A stretch of DNA of 64,000 nt. It comes from an uncultured Planctomycetota bacterium. Lineage in GTDB: Bacteria; Planctomycetota; Planctomycetia; Isosphaerales; Isosphaeraceae. This document shows, piece by piece, positions 1 through 11,849 of the stretch. Numbering within the stretch: the stretch's first letter is position 1; each line of letters starts with the position of its first letter. The notes beneath the pieces are model-generated. The model worked only from the letters and a program-made list of their open reading frames with translations. It was not told the DNA's origin and did not search any database. The stretch lies in assembly GCA_963845755.1 (NCBI GenBank), contig CAWJTV010000024.1, positions 157,352 through 221,351 of the forward strand, given 5' to 3'. The translations under genes were made by a program, and so were the position numbers.

Positions 1-1924
1 GGCGACGGCCAGCGGGGGAATGGCGACCTTTACGGGTCTGGCGGTGGACAAGGCGGGCAGCGGGTACACGATCGGTGTGTCCAGCGGCACGCTGACGGGC
101 CTGACGAGCAGCGCGTTCGCCGTGACGGCGGGCCCGCTGTCGGAGCTGGTGATCGCGAGCCAGCCGTCGGGTTCGGTGACGGCGGGCACGCCGTTTGGCC
201 TGACGGTGGATGGAGCGGATGCGTTCGGGAACGCGGTGCCGAGCTTCAACGGAGCGATCACGCTGTCGCTGTCGAACGACCCTGCGGTGGGCCCGCTGGC
301 GGGCTCCAGCGCGCTGAACGGGACCCTGAGCGGGACGGCGAGCAACGGGGTGGCGACGTTCCCGGGTCTGTCGCTGGACGTGGCGGCGTCGGGCTACACG
401 ATCGCGGCGACGACGTCGGGATTGAATCCGGGTGGGACGACACCGATCGACGTGGTGGCGGGGACGGCGACGCAATTGGTGTTGACGGTGGCGGCGCCGA
501 CGGTGATGACGGCGGGAGCGGACTTCGGCCTGGCGATCTCGGCGGAGGACGGCTACGGGAACGTGTTGACGGGATTCACGGGGACGATCACGCTGTCGCT
601 GTCGAACAACCCGGGGGATGCGACGCTCCGCGGGGGCGCGCTGTCGAAGCCGGCGGTGGGCGGGGTGGTGAATTTCGGCCCGGCGTTGACGCTGGACGAG
701 GCGTCGTCGGGTTATACGTTGCAGGCGACCAGCGGCGTCCTGACGAGCGTGACGACGGGCGGGATCACGGTGGTGCCGGGAGTGGCGACGCACCTGGTGG
801 TGGAGGCGGAGCCGCCGTCGTCGGTGACGTCGGGTCAGGGATTCGGGCTGGTGGTGGCGGCGACGGACCCGTTCGGCAACGTGAATCCGAACTACGCGGG
901 AACGGTGGTGGTGACGGCGCCGTCGGGTACGGGTGCGAGCGTGGGGGGCAAGACGACGGTGACGACCGTCGGTGGCGTGGCGAGGTTCGCGGGCCTGACG
1001 CTGAGCGGGGCGAGCGAGCCGGTGTCGTTGCAGGTCACCAGCACGGGCGTGGCGGGGACGACGACGACGGCGGTGGGCCTGGCGGGAGCATCGCAGTTGG
1101 CGTTCGCCAGCGGCGGAGTGAGCGTGGATGAGACGTCGGGTACGGCGACGTTGCAGGTGTTGCGGACCGGCGACCTGTCGGAGCCGGTGACGGTGGAGGT
1201 GTTGACGTCCGGGGGTACGGCGGTGGCGGGAGTGAATTACACGTCGGTGAACCAGGAGTTGACGTTCGCGGCGGGCCAGGCGTCGCAGACGATCGCGGTG
1301 CCGGTGAAGGACGCGGGAGTGCTGTCGCAGCCGTTGACGGTGAACGTGGTGTTGAGCAGCCCTGGGGGGAGCGGAGCGTCGCTGGGGAGTCCGTCATCAT
1401 CGACGCTGACGATCCTCAACGCCGGGCAGACATCGACGCCGACATCGACGCCGCTGGTAACGCTGGAGGGCGTGGAGATCGTCAAGAAGAAGGGGAAGGT
1501 GAAGGAGGTCGTGCTGGGGTTCAGCGGAGGCCTGAACGGATCCGAGGTGACGAGCATCGGCGAGTACGAGCTGCTGGTGGCGGGGAAGCATGGGTCGTTC
1601 ACGGCGAAGAACGCGAAGGTCCTGAAGCTGAAGTCGGCGGTGTACAACGGAACGACCCATACGGTGTCGCTGACGCCGAAGAAGGGATTCGTGCTGAAAA
1701 AGCCTGTGGAACTGATCGTCAATGGCGAGGGGCCGTCGGGTCTGGAGGACAGTTCGGGTCGGCTGATCGACGGCAACGACGACGGTCAGGCGGGGGGCAA
1801 CGCGGTGGCGGTCCTGACGCGTCAGGGAGCGAGGATCAGTGCCTTGACCGCGCGGATGGCGGCGGTGGATGCGATCCTCGCACAGGGTGAGCGGGTGGCC
1901 GTCACCAAAGTTCAGCGAATCTGA
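1..1924 (+). CDS. C-terminal part of a large surface protein (Ig-like repeats, Calx-beta, Lys-rich C-terminal domain); 5' end lies outside the window
   Basis: Thr/Gly/Val-rich repeats ('D-x-FGN', 'GVATF-x-GL'); Calx-beta-like 'VDETSGTATLQVLRTG...TAVAGVNYT...LTFAAGQ'; near-identical to 7803-9730. Confidence 0.85.
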   Translation, partial: ATASGGMATFTGLAVDKAGSGYTIGVSSGTLTGLTSSAFAVTAGPLSELVIASQPSGSVTAGTPFGLTVDGADAFGNAVPSFNGAITLSLSNDPAVGPLAGSSALNGTLSGTASNGVATFPGLSLDVAASGYTIAATTSGLNPGGTTPIDVVAGTATQLVLTVAAPTVMTAGADFGLAISAEDGYGNVLTGFTGTITLSLSNNPGDATLRGGALSKPAVGGVVNFGPALTLDEASSGYTLQATSGVLTSVTTGGITVVPGVATHLVVEAEPPSSVTSGQGFGLVVAATDPFGNVNPNYAGTVVVTAPSGTGASVGGKTTVTTVGGVARFAGLTLSGASEPVSLQVTSTGVAGTTTTAVGLAGASQLAFASGGVSVDETSGTATLQVLRTGDLSEPVTVEVLTSGGTAVAGVNYTSVNQELTFAAGQASQTIAVPVKDAGVLSQPLTVNVVLSSPGGSGASLGSPSSSTLTILNAGQTSTPTSTPLVTLEGVEIVKKKGKVKEVVLGFSGGLNGSEVTSIGEYELLVAGKHGSFTAKNAKVLKLKSAVYNGTTHTVSLTPKKGFVLKKPVELIVNGEGPSGLEDSSGRLIDGNDDGQAGGNAVAVLTRQGARISALTARMAAVDAILAQGERVAVTKVQRI

Positions 1925-1934
1925 TCGCGATAAT

Positions 1935-2045
1935 TCCCTTCCTCTTCGTAGGGGAAGGTGGCCCTTGGAAAGAAAGGCTGAAGGAGGAAGGCTGAGTCAT
2001 AACCGGGACGGCCTTGATTTAGCCTTCAGCCTTCCAGTCTTCCCC
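1935..2045. repeat. Intergenic palindromic element with AGGCTGA heptamer arms, related to 9731-9811
   Basis: TCCCTTCCTCTTCGTAGGGGAAGG, then AAGGCTGAAGG...AAGGCTGAGTC and a complementary arm TTAGCCTTCAGCCTTCC. Confidence 0.55.
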
Positions 2046-2243
2046 CAGATTCCAGGAATTCCTTCGTTTCGCGCGCCCCGTTCGCTGGACGAACGGCGCC
2101 TTCATGGGGTAGGGGGCACTGCAATCTGACGAAGGTTGTCCCGCGTGTGAGCGTACAGAATTCCGACCGGTGTCTTGGTAGGGGTCTGTGACCAGGTTCT
2201 TTCTCATTACCGGCACACTCAAGCTGGACCGAATGGAACGACC

Positions 2244-5200
2244 ATGAACGGCATTCTTTCATCTCGGGATCGTCGGTTGTCGGAGGTTCCGCGTGACTTC
2301 CAGGGATCGCGGCGGAGACGAGCGAGCGGCCATCGGCGTCAACGACTGGACTTCGATCCGCTGGAATGCCGGCGGCTGCTGAGCCTCACCAATCCCGTCG
2401 CCGAGTTCCCGCTCCGGACGTCTGGAGGCACTCCCCTCGGAGGCGCGGTAGACGGTAGTGGGAACATCTGGGTCCTGCTTTCGAACCAGAACATCGTGGA
2501 AGACAACGGTAGCGGAGGTACCGTCGCCCAGTACCATATCCCGACATACAACTCGCTCCAGGGTACTCCGACCGGCAGCGAGCTGGGCCTGATCACCTAC
2601 GACGCGGTCAACGGCAACCTCTGGTTCTACGAATCGAACAGCAACCAGTTCGGCAGCGTCAATCCGACGACCGGCGCGATCACCGAGTACCCCGCGATGA
2701 CCTACGCGGTCGATCCGCTGATCATGCAGATCACGGCCGGTCCGGACGGCAACATCTGGTTCACCGAGACGAACCTGAACCAGGTCGGGATGTTCGACGT
2801 GACGACGGGCCAGATCAGCCAGTTCACGATGCCGGTGCCGGACACGCAGCCGCGAGGGATCACGGTGGGCGGCGACGGCAACCTGTGGTTCACCGAGGGA
2901 GGCCTGAACAGTCTGGGGAGCCTGAACCCGTACACCCACGTGTTCAACAACTATCCCTACGAGCCGTCCACCTATTTCCAGGACGATGAGGCCTACGGGA
3001 TCACGGCGGGGGCGAACGACACCATCTGGTTCGTGCTGAAACAGGCCAACGAAATCGTCACATTCAGTACTCAAACTCTGACGTTCACGAATCGGTCTGG
3101 TCCTGTCCCCCCTCCTAACCCTCCCACCCCTCTGCCCCCCGCCAATCTCTTTTCGATCGCGGAGGGACCGGGTGGCAACATCTACTACACCGAGCCGACC
3201 TTCAATGGGATCGGGGCGACGACCGGCTTTTACGCGGCTCTGACCTTCCCCGGACCCCCCTCTCTCACCGAGGCCACGCCCAACGTGAATGGGGCCTTGC
3301 TACTGCCGACCACGGGCGCAGATATCTGGCTCACGGATCCCGCGGACGGTAACCTTCGTTATGTTGACGACAAGCCCACAGACGGCATCCAGCCCGCAGT
3401 CCCCACCGGGGAGACGCCTCCTACATTTCTCCCACCCGTGATTCCCGCTACCGACGCGAATGATGTCGTCAGCGTGGGCGGCACGCTGTACTATACCGAC
3501 ACCAACGATGTCAACGGCGTGATCGATGCGTTCAACCCGGCGACCCAGATCAACACCGTGTTCCCTCTCCCAGGATTCCCGCTGCCTCCACCAACGCCGC
3601 CGCCCCAACAACCCAACCAGATGGCCGTGGACGACAATGGGAACATCTGGTTCACCGAGACGGGTGTTAACGCGATCGGGGAGTTCATCCCCACGACCGG
3701 CGCGTTCGACCAGGTCAGCTTGACCTCGTTCAGCAGCAACCCCACCGGCCTGGCCTGGAACAGCATCGAACAGCTCTTCTGGATCACCGAGCCGGGCGCC
3801 AATCAGATCGTTAGCTACGACCCCAAGACCACCGGCAGCGCCGTCGCGCCGGTCCTGAACCCGAACCAGACGATCCAGGATCCCATCGACATCCTGGTCG
3901 ATCCCTCGACCGGGTATCTCTGGATCAGCGAGGGCTCGGCCGACAAGGTCATCGAGTACAGCCCGGTCGATGAGAGGATTCTTTATAGTTACACCACCAA
4001 GGGCAGCACCAATCAAATGGTGTGGGGCCCCGACGGCAACATCTGGTTCGGCGAATCGGGCTACGTGGGGGTGCTGAAGCCCGGGACGGGGATCGTCACG
4101 GAGATCCCGGTGAGCGGGACGGCGAATTATGTGGCGGTCGCCCCCAGCACCGACTCGAGTGGCCAGGCGATCTGGTTCACCGAGTCGGGCAGCAACCAGA
4201 TCGGCGAGATCGACGTCAACTCCCAGTCGCTGGTGGATTACGCGACGGCCCCGGACACCAACGCCAACGCGCTGGTCCTGGGCCCCGACGGCAACCTGTG
4301 GTTCACGAGCGGGGCGGGCGGCAATCCGGCCATGATGGGCGCGGTGGTGCTCAATCCCAACGACTTCGCCGCGAGCGTGGTCGTGACCTCGCAGCCGCCG
4401 AACGTCGAGCAGACGGTCTTCGGGGGCCGGACCTGGGGCTTCGGCACGACCGTGTCCATCGAGAGCGTGGGGGGCCAGGCCCCCGACCCGTTCATCCAGG
4501 CGGGGACGATTACCATTGCGCTGGATAGCAATCCCGGCAACGATACGCTGAAGCCGGCGTCGGGCCAGTCGCTGACCGAGTCGGTGGTGAACGGCCAGGC
4601 GATCTTCGATGGCATGACGATGGCCGTGCCGGCGCGGGGCTACACGATCCAGGCGACGTACAGCCTGGGGTTGAACGCGCCGGTGTCCCATCCGTTCGAC
4701 GTGGCGGGCCAGCCGACGAAATTGATCGTGACCGAGCAACCGACGCAGCCCGGTCAGCCGACACCGCCCCCGATCGAGGTCCAGGCCGGCGTGACCTTCA
4801 GCGTGGCCATCACCGCCGTGGACGCCCTGGGCACGGTCGTCCCCAACTTCGAGGACCCGATCATCCTGTCGATCGATAACAATCCGCCGGGTAACGGCGT
4901 CCTGAACGGCACGACGACGGTAGGCGCCCTCTGATGGCGCGGCGGCTTTCAACGACCTGACGATCGATCAGGCGGGCAACGGTTACACGCTCCAGGCGAC
5001 CGACGATCAGGCCCAGGCGGCCACGGTCTTGCAGAATCCGGCGGCGCCGGCGGTGACAGCCTCCTTCAACGTGATCCCGGGCCCGGCGACGCAGTTGGTG
5101 TACGCGGCCACCGGCGAGCCGGTGACGACGGCGACCGCGGGCCAGGATTTCGCGGCGTCGCCGCACCAGGTGGTGGTCGACGCCGAGGACCAGTTCGGCA

Positions 5201-8200
5201 GCATCGCCACCTCGTATAACGGCCCGGTGACGCTGGCGCTGGCGAACAATGCCACCGGGACGTTCGTCGGCACCCTGACGGTCAATGCGGTCCACGGGGT
5301 GGCGACGTTCAGCAACCTGGCGATCGACACGACCGGGACGTATCAGCTCCAGGCGACGAGCGCCAGCCTGACGCCGAGCACCTCGACGTCGATCGCGATC
5401 ACGGCCGCGGCGCCGGCGCAACTGGCCTGGACGACGGAGCCGCCGAGCCAGGCCACGGAGCTGGTGCCGCTGGGCGCGACGCTCGATGTCGAGGACCAGT
5501 ACGGCAACCTGGAGACGGGCTACACCCAGAACGTGTCGGTGTCGCTGGACCTCAACGGCCACGCCGCCAATGGCGAGCTGGGCGGGACGACGACGGTGGC
5601 GGCCACCGGCGGGGTGGCGACGTTCACCAATATCATCATCGATACGATCGGCAACCCGTACACGCTGATCGCCACCACCGGTGTCGCTCCGAGCACGGTC
5701 ATCATGTCAACCTCGAGTGCGATCAACGTGGTGGCGCCGCAACTGGTGGTGACGACCGAGCCGCCGTCGTCGGTGACGGCCGGCAGCGGGTTCGGCCTGA
5801 CGGTGACCGCGGAGACGTACCAGGGGACGACGGACACCTACGCGACTGGCAGCGTGGTGCTGTCGGTCAATTCGGGGCCGTCGGGCGGGGCGATCACGGG
5901 GACGAGCTCGGCGCCGTTCTCCAACGGGGTGGCGACGTTCAGCGGGGTGACGCTGGACAAGGTCGGCACCTACGTCCTGGAGGCCTCGAGCGGCAATGCG
6001 GTAACGGGCCTGACCAACAGCATCACGGTGGTTGCCGGTACGACGGCCGCGCAACTGTACGTGGTGTCGCAGCCGCCGACCAGCGTGCAGGCGGGAGCGA
6101 CGTTCAGCTTGGTGGTGGGCGCCGAGGACCAGTACGGCAACCCGACGCCGCTGACGGGGAGCGTGGCGGTGGCGATTGCGGCCAATCCGGGCGGTTCGAC
6201 GCTGGGCGGTACGACGCCGGTGACGGCCAGCGGCGGCGTGGCGACGTTCAGCGACCTGACGCTCAACAAGGTGGGCAATGGTTATACGCTGCAAGCGACG
6301 GCCGGGGCGTTGAGTGTGACCAGCCGTGGGATCGCCGTGACGTCGGCGGTGGCCAAGCAGTTGGTGTTCTCGGCCACGGGCGAGCCGGTGGCGACGGCGA
6401 CCGCGGGCCAGGACTTCGCGGCGTCCCCGCACACGGTGGTGGTCGACGCCGAGGATCAGTTCGGCAACATCATCACGTCGTATAGCGGCCCGGTGACGAT
6501 TGGCCTGGCCCACGGGGCGACGGGCGCGTTCGACGCCAGCAGCGTGCTGACGGTCAACGCGGTCAATGGCGTGGCGACGTTCTCCAAGCTGGCGCTCGAC
6601 ACGGCCGGGACCTATGACCTGTCGGCGACGAGCACGAGCGTGCCGGCCTTGGCCGCGGGTACCTCGAGCTCGATCACGATTACCTCTGGGACGGCTTCGC
6701 AACTGGCCTGGACCGTCGAGCCGCCGAGCAAGGCCGCCGACCTGGTCCCGCTGAGCGTCACGCTGACCGTCGAGGACCAGTACGGCAACCCGATCACGGG
6801 CTACGACCAGAATGTCACGATGGCCCTGGACCTCAACAGCAATCCCGACAACGGCAAACTGAGCGGGACGACGACGGTCGCGGCGTCCAACGGCGTGGCG
6901 GCTTTCACCAACATCATCATCGATACCACGGGGAATCCGTTTACGCTGATCGCCAGCAGCGGCGGTCTCACGTCGCCGCCATCCAGCGCGATCGACGTGG
7001 TGGCGCCGCAGTTGGTGTGGTCCACCGAGCCGCCGAGCCAGGTGGCGCACGGGTTCCCGTTCGGCGCGACGGTCGAGCTTCTGGACCCGTTCGGCAACCT
7101 GGAGACGTCCTATAACGGGAGCGTGACGGTGGCCCTGGATAACAAAGTGGGCAGTGGCACGCTGGGTGGGACGACCACGATCACGGCCAGCGGGGGCGTG
7201 GCAAACTTCACGGGCCTGACGATCAACGCCATCGGCAACGGTTACACGTTACAGGCCAGCAGCGACGGCGTGAGCACGCCGGCGTCGATCGGGATCGACG
7301 TGACGCCGATCCCGGCGGCGTCGCTGGAGGTGACGACGCAGCCGCAGTCGTCGGTGCCGGTGAATCAGGGTTTCAGCCTGAAGGTGACGGCGCTGGACGT
7401 GAACGGGGATGCGGACCCGGACTTCCACGGTAATGTGAGCGTGGCGATCACCGGCAGCCCGGGGAGTCCGATCCTGGCTGGTACGACGACGGTGACGGCC
7501 AGCGGCGGAGTGGCAAGCTTCTCGGGTCTGACGCTGGACACGGTGGGGAACTATACGCTGGACGTCACGAGCACGGGCCTGAGCCCGGTGACGACAGGAA
7601 CGATCGGCGTGACGGCCGGCGCGGCGTCGAAGTTGGTGGCGATGACGGAGCCGCCGAGCAGCGAGACGGCCGGCGGCGTGTTCAGCTTCAAGGTGGAGGC
7701 GGAGGACTCGTACGGGAACCTGGCGACGGGGTTCAACGGGACGGTGTCGGCGGTGCTGTCGGCCAACCCGGGGCACGCGACGCTGGGCGGCGGTACGGTG
7801 ACGGCGACGGCCAGCGGGGGAATGGCGACCTTTACGGGTCTGGCGGTGGACAAGGCGGGCAGCGGGTACACGATCGGTGTGTCCAGCGGCACGCTGACGG
7901 GCCTGACGAGCAGCGCGTTCGCCGTGACGGCGGGCCCGCTGTCGGAGCTGGTGATCGCGAGCCAGCCGTCGGGTTCGGTGACGGCGGGCACGCCGTTTGG
8001 CCTGACGGTGGATGGAGCGGATGCGTTCGGGAACGCGGTGCCGAGCTTCAACGGAGCGATCACGCTGTCGCTGTCGAACGACCCTGCGGTGGGCCCGCTG
8101 GCGGGCTCCAGCGCGCTGAACGGGACCCTGAGCGGGACGGCGAGCAACGGGGTGGCGACGTTCCCGGGTCTGTCGCTGGACGTGGCGGCGTCGGGCTACA

Positions 8201-9730
8201 CGATCGCGGCGACGACGTCGGGATTGAATCCGGGTGGGACGACACCGATCGACGTGGTGGCGGGGACGGCGACGCAATTGGTGTTGACGGTGGCGGCGCC
8301 GACGGTGATGACGGCGGGAGCGGACTTCGGCCTGGCGATCTCGGCGGAGGACGGCTACGGGAACGTGTTCAACGGGATTCACGGGGACGATCACGCTGTC
8401 GCTGTCGAACAACCCGGGGGATGCGACGCTCCGCGGGGGCGCGCTGTCGAAGCCGGCGGTGGGCGGGGTGGTGAATTTCGGCCCGGCGTTGACGCTGGAC
8501 GAGGCGTCGTCGGGTTATACGTTGCAGGCGACCAGCGGCGTCCTGACGAGCGTGACGACGGGTGGGATCACGGTGGTGCCGGGAGTGGCGACGCACCTGG
8601 TGGTGGAGGCGGAGCCGCCGTCGTCGGTGACGTCGGGTCAGGGATTCGGGCTGGTGGTGGCGGCGACGGACCCGTTCGGCAACGTGAATCCGAACTACGC
8701 GGGTACGGTGGTGGTGACGGCGCCGTCGGGTACGGGTGCGAGCGTGGGGGGCAAGACGACGGTGACGACCGTCGGTGGCGTGGCGACGTTCGCGGGCCTG
8801 ACGCTCGCCGGAGCGAGTGCGCCGGTGTCGTTGCAGTTGAACAGCAGCGGTTTGACGGGGACGACGACGACGGCGGTGGGCCTGGCCGGGCCATCGCAGT
8901 TGGCGTTCGCCAGCAGTGGGCTGAGCGTGGATGAGACGTCGGGGTCGGCGGCGTTGCAGGTGTTGCGGACCGGCAGCCTGAGTCAGTCGGTGACGGTGGA
9001 GGTGTTGACGTCCGGGGGCACGGCGGTGGCGGGAGTGAACTACACGTCGGTGAACCAGGAGCTGACGTTCGCGGCGGGCCAGGCGTCGCAAACGATCATG
9101 ATCCCTGTGAAGAACGCAGGGTCGCTGGCGTCGCCGTTGACGGTGAACGTGGTGTTGAGCAGCCCCGGGGGGAGCGGAGCGTCGCTGGGGAGTCCGTCAT
9201 CATCGACGCTGACGATCCTCAATGCGGGCCAGTCGGCGCCACCGCCGACCTCGACCTCGCCGGTGACGCTGGGGAGCGTGGAGATCGTCAAGAAGAAGGG
9301 GAAGGTGAAGGAGGTCGTGCTGGGGTTCAGCGGAGGCCTGAACGGATCCGAGGCGACGAGCATCGGCGAGTACGAGCTGCTGGTGGCGGGGAAGCATGGG
9401 TCGTTCACGGCGAAGAATGCGAAGGTACTGAAGCTGAAGTCGGCGGTGTACAACGGAACGACCCATACGGTGTCGCTGACGCCGAAGAAGGGATTCGTGC
9501 TGAAGAAGCCTGTGGAGCTGATCGTCAATGGCGAGGGGCCGTCGGGTCTGGAGGACAGTTCGGGTCGGCTGATCGACGGCAACGACGACGGTCAGGCGGG
9601 GGGCAACGCGGTGGCGGTCCTGACGCGTCAGGGAGCGAGGATCAGTGCCTTGACCGCGCGGACGGCGGCGGTGGATGCGATCCTCGCACAGGGTGAGTTG
9701 GTGGCCGTCACCAGAGCTCCGAAGCAGTGA
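2244..9730 (+). CDS. Giant planctomycete surface protein/adhesin: LExRxLL N-terminal motif, Vgb-like beta-propellers, many Ig-like repeats, Calx-beta; split by frameshifts at ~4930 and ~8370
   Basis: ATG 2244; Arg-rich leader then 'PLECRRLLS'; repeated 'GPDGNIWFTE'; ORFs 2175-4934, 5029-8934 and 8459-9730 join if one base is removed at each break, and the paralog at 1-1924 reads through the second break. Confidence 0.85.
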
Positions 9731-9766
9731 TCCCTTTCCCCCTCGTGGGCGAAGGCAGCCCCGGGA

Positions 9767-9811
9767 AAGGCTGAAGGCTGAGTCATCCGACCCGACTCAG
9801 CCTTCAGCCTT
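9767..9811. terminator. Perfect 18-bp stem-loop between convergent genes (probable bidirectional terminator or REP)
   Basis: AAGGCTGAAGGCTGAGTC (9767-9784), 9-nt loop, GACTCAGCCTTCAGCCTT (9794-9811). Confidence 0.65.
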
Positions 9812-10989
9812 GATCCTTCATCCGGTTGTACTTCTTGAGGATCTCTCTCAATCGTTCGTGTGGGATGGCATGAACGGTGTTTCCGTCGATTCCCTTCATC
9901 GTCTCTGCGGCGATCATCGCGTTAGCGATCGCTTCCTCGGTCGCGTTGACGGTCGCCTGGAGCAGGGGGTTGATCCGTTCATTGGGCAGCATGGTCAATT
10001 GGGCGGTGCCGGTCGTCTTGCCGGCCTCGGGGTTGGCCGAGGAGAACGCGATGAAGATGTCGCCCGAACTGTTCTCACCCCGGCCGCCCATGAGACCGAT
10101 ACCGATCGGCACACGTCTGGCCAACCGTTTGAGCTGATGGGGCAGGAGGGGTGCATCGGTCGCGACGACGACGATAATCGACCCCTGGCCCGAGTCGGCT
10201 TGCCCGCGTTCCGGCATCAGATCGGTGATCTCTCGGCCCACCGGGACGCCCGCGATTCGCAACGACTCGCGCCGGCCGTAATTCGCCTGGACCAGGACGC
10301 CGACCGTGTATCCACCTTCATCCGGCCCGATGACCCGGGATGACGTGCCGGTCCCCCCCTTGAAGCGATGGGCGACCATGCCGGTCCCACCCCCCACGTT
10401 CCCTTCGGCGATCCGTCCCGACCGGGCGCCGTCCAGCGCCGCGAAGACATGGTCCTTCCGCACGTGGAAGCCGTTGATGTCGTTCAGGAACCCGTCCCAG
10501 GTCTCGGTGACCAGCGGGAGGCTGAAATCGCCGGAATACTCCTGGCTCGCACCCTGTTTGACGTTCCACTCAATCACCGCGTCCCGGACGACGCCGACGC
10601 TGTGCGTGTTGGTGATCAGGATCGGCGTCCCCAGGCATCCGGATTCCTCGACCCAGGTGGTCCCGGTCATCTCGCCGTTGCCGTTGAGCGAGTACCAGGC
10701 GGCGAAGACCCGGCCGTGGTCGGACTTCCCCCGCGGTAGGATGGCCGTGACGCCCGTCCGGACCGGCCCTTTCCCGACGACGAGCTTCCCGTTACCGGAG
10801 ATTAGCGTCGTATAGCCGACCTCGACGCCCTTTATGTCGGTGATCGCGTTGAAAACCCCCGGCGAACCCTCGAACGGGATGCCGAGGTCCCGCGCGGGGC
10901 CTCGCCGGTTGCGCCAGGCAAGTCCTCACCGTGAAGACACAATGAACCGCGAGTATGAAGCTCAGGATGATTGAGTCATGAATTTTCAT
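9804..10989 (-). CDS. dmpA: DmpA/P1 family aminopeptidase with signal peptide; frameshift at ~10890
   Basis: 'NAITDIKGVEVG', 'GNGEMTG', 'EGNVGGGTGM', 'QGSIIVVVATDAPL', 'SSGDIF'; adding one base restores 'RPRARDLGIPF'. Confidence 0.85.
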
Positions 10990-11233
10990 GATTAACGTGC
11001 TTGGATTGGTTGCCTGGATTCGACCGCGGACTCGCGAGCGACGCGATGTCCTTGGCTTCGGGTGGCTCAGCTTAGCATCATGGGGGACAAGATGCCACCA
11101 ACGGCTCGCACTGTCGCGGGTCGCGCTATAGAATAAGGATGAGTGACCCATGCGTGATGTGGCGCGGAGTGCCAGCCCCAGCCTCCTCTTCGCCTTCCCC
11201 TGTCGACAAGCCTTTGATATAAGGGTCGAACCG

Positions 11234-11845
11234 ATGCCTGAGGCAAAGGGCCATGAAGGTCTCCAGGTCGATCGGGAGCATGAAGCGAGTCCACCGGCTA
11301 CAGGACAGGATCGGCCGGTTCCCTTGGACACTCTGCTTCTTGAGCTCGATGATCAGCTCGAACACATTGCGGCCAAGGCGTCGTACTACTCCGATGACGA
11401 CCCTTTGCTCTCCCGCATAGCGATGAGAGCTGTTCTGGAACTCGCCAAGCGCTGGCTGGAGGACACCGAGTCGGGGTCCACTCACGCCTCGAGTCGCGAG
11501 CGATCCACTGCGCGAATCGATGACGCATGGAGACGTGCCATGATTGAAGCCCAAGGACAGGCGCGGCGGGGCTCGTCGGCCGACGACGAAACGAAGGGTA
11601 CCGTGGATGTCTCCGTTGCAGCACTGGCCGAAGAGATGGCAACGTATCGACGCTGCCTGCCGGAGTTGCTTCGCGAGCACGAAGGCGAATTCGTCCTGAT
11701 CAAGGGAACCGAGATCGCTGGCATCTTTCCCGATCGTTCCGCGGGTCTCAGGGAAGGCTACCGTCGATTCGGTATTGTCCCCTTACTGGTCAGGCAGATC
11801 ACCGCATCCGATCCGGCAGTCTATCTCCCCAACGTGGTGCTCTGA
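11234..11845 (+). CDS. Hypothetical protein with C-terminal DUF5678-like domain
   Basis: 'LPELLREHEGEFVLIKG...GYRRFG..PLLVRQI'; homologous to the 56123-56394 product; start could be as early as 11150. Confidence 0.65.
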   Translation: MPEAKGHEGLQVDREHEASPPATGQDRPVPLDTLLLELDDQLEHIAAKASYYSDDDPLLSRIAMRAVLELAKRWLEDTESGSTHASSRERSTARIDDAWRRAMIEAQGQARRGSSADDETKGTVDVSVAALAEEMATYRRCLPELLREHEGEFVLIKGTEIAGIFPDRSAGLREGYRRFGIVPLLVRQITASDPAVYLPNVVL

Positions 11846-11849
11846 TCCC

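Noticed and set aside
2400..4330. Vgb (virginiamycin B lyase)-like repeats as an antibiotic resistance gene
   Set aside because: They are propeller modules inside a giant surface protein, not a standalone lyase.
4925..4940. Programmed frameshifting or UGA readthrough in the surface protein
   Set aside because: The downstream coding is in another frame, there is no slippery heptamer or SECIS, and one extra C explains it.
3300..9091. Long antisense ORFs (e.g. 3300-4952, 5707-7050, 7249-8412) and similar ones across the window
   Set aside because: Arg/His-rich shadow frames of high-GC genes on the opposite strand with no recognisable motifs.
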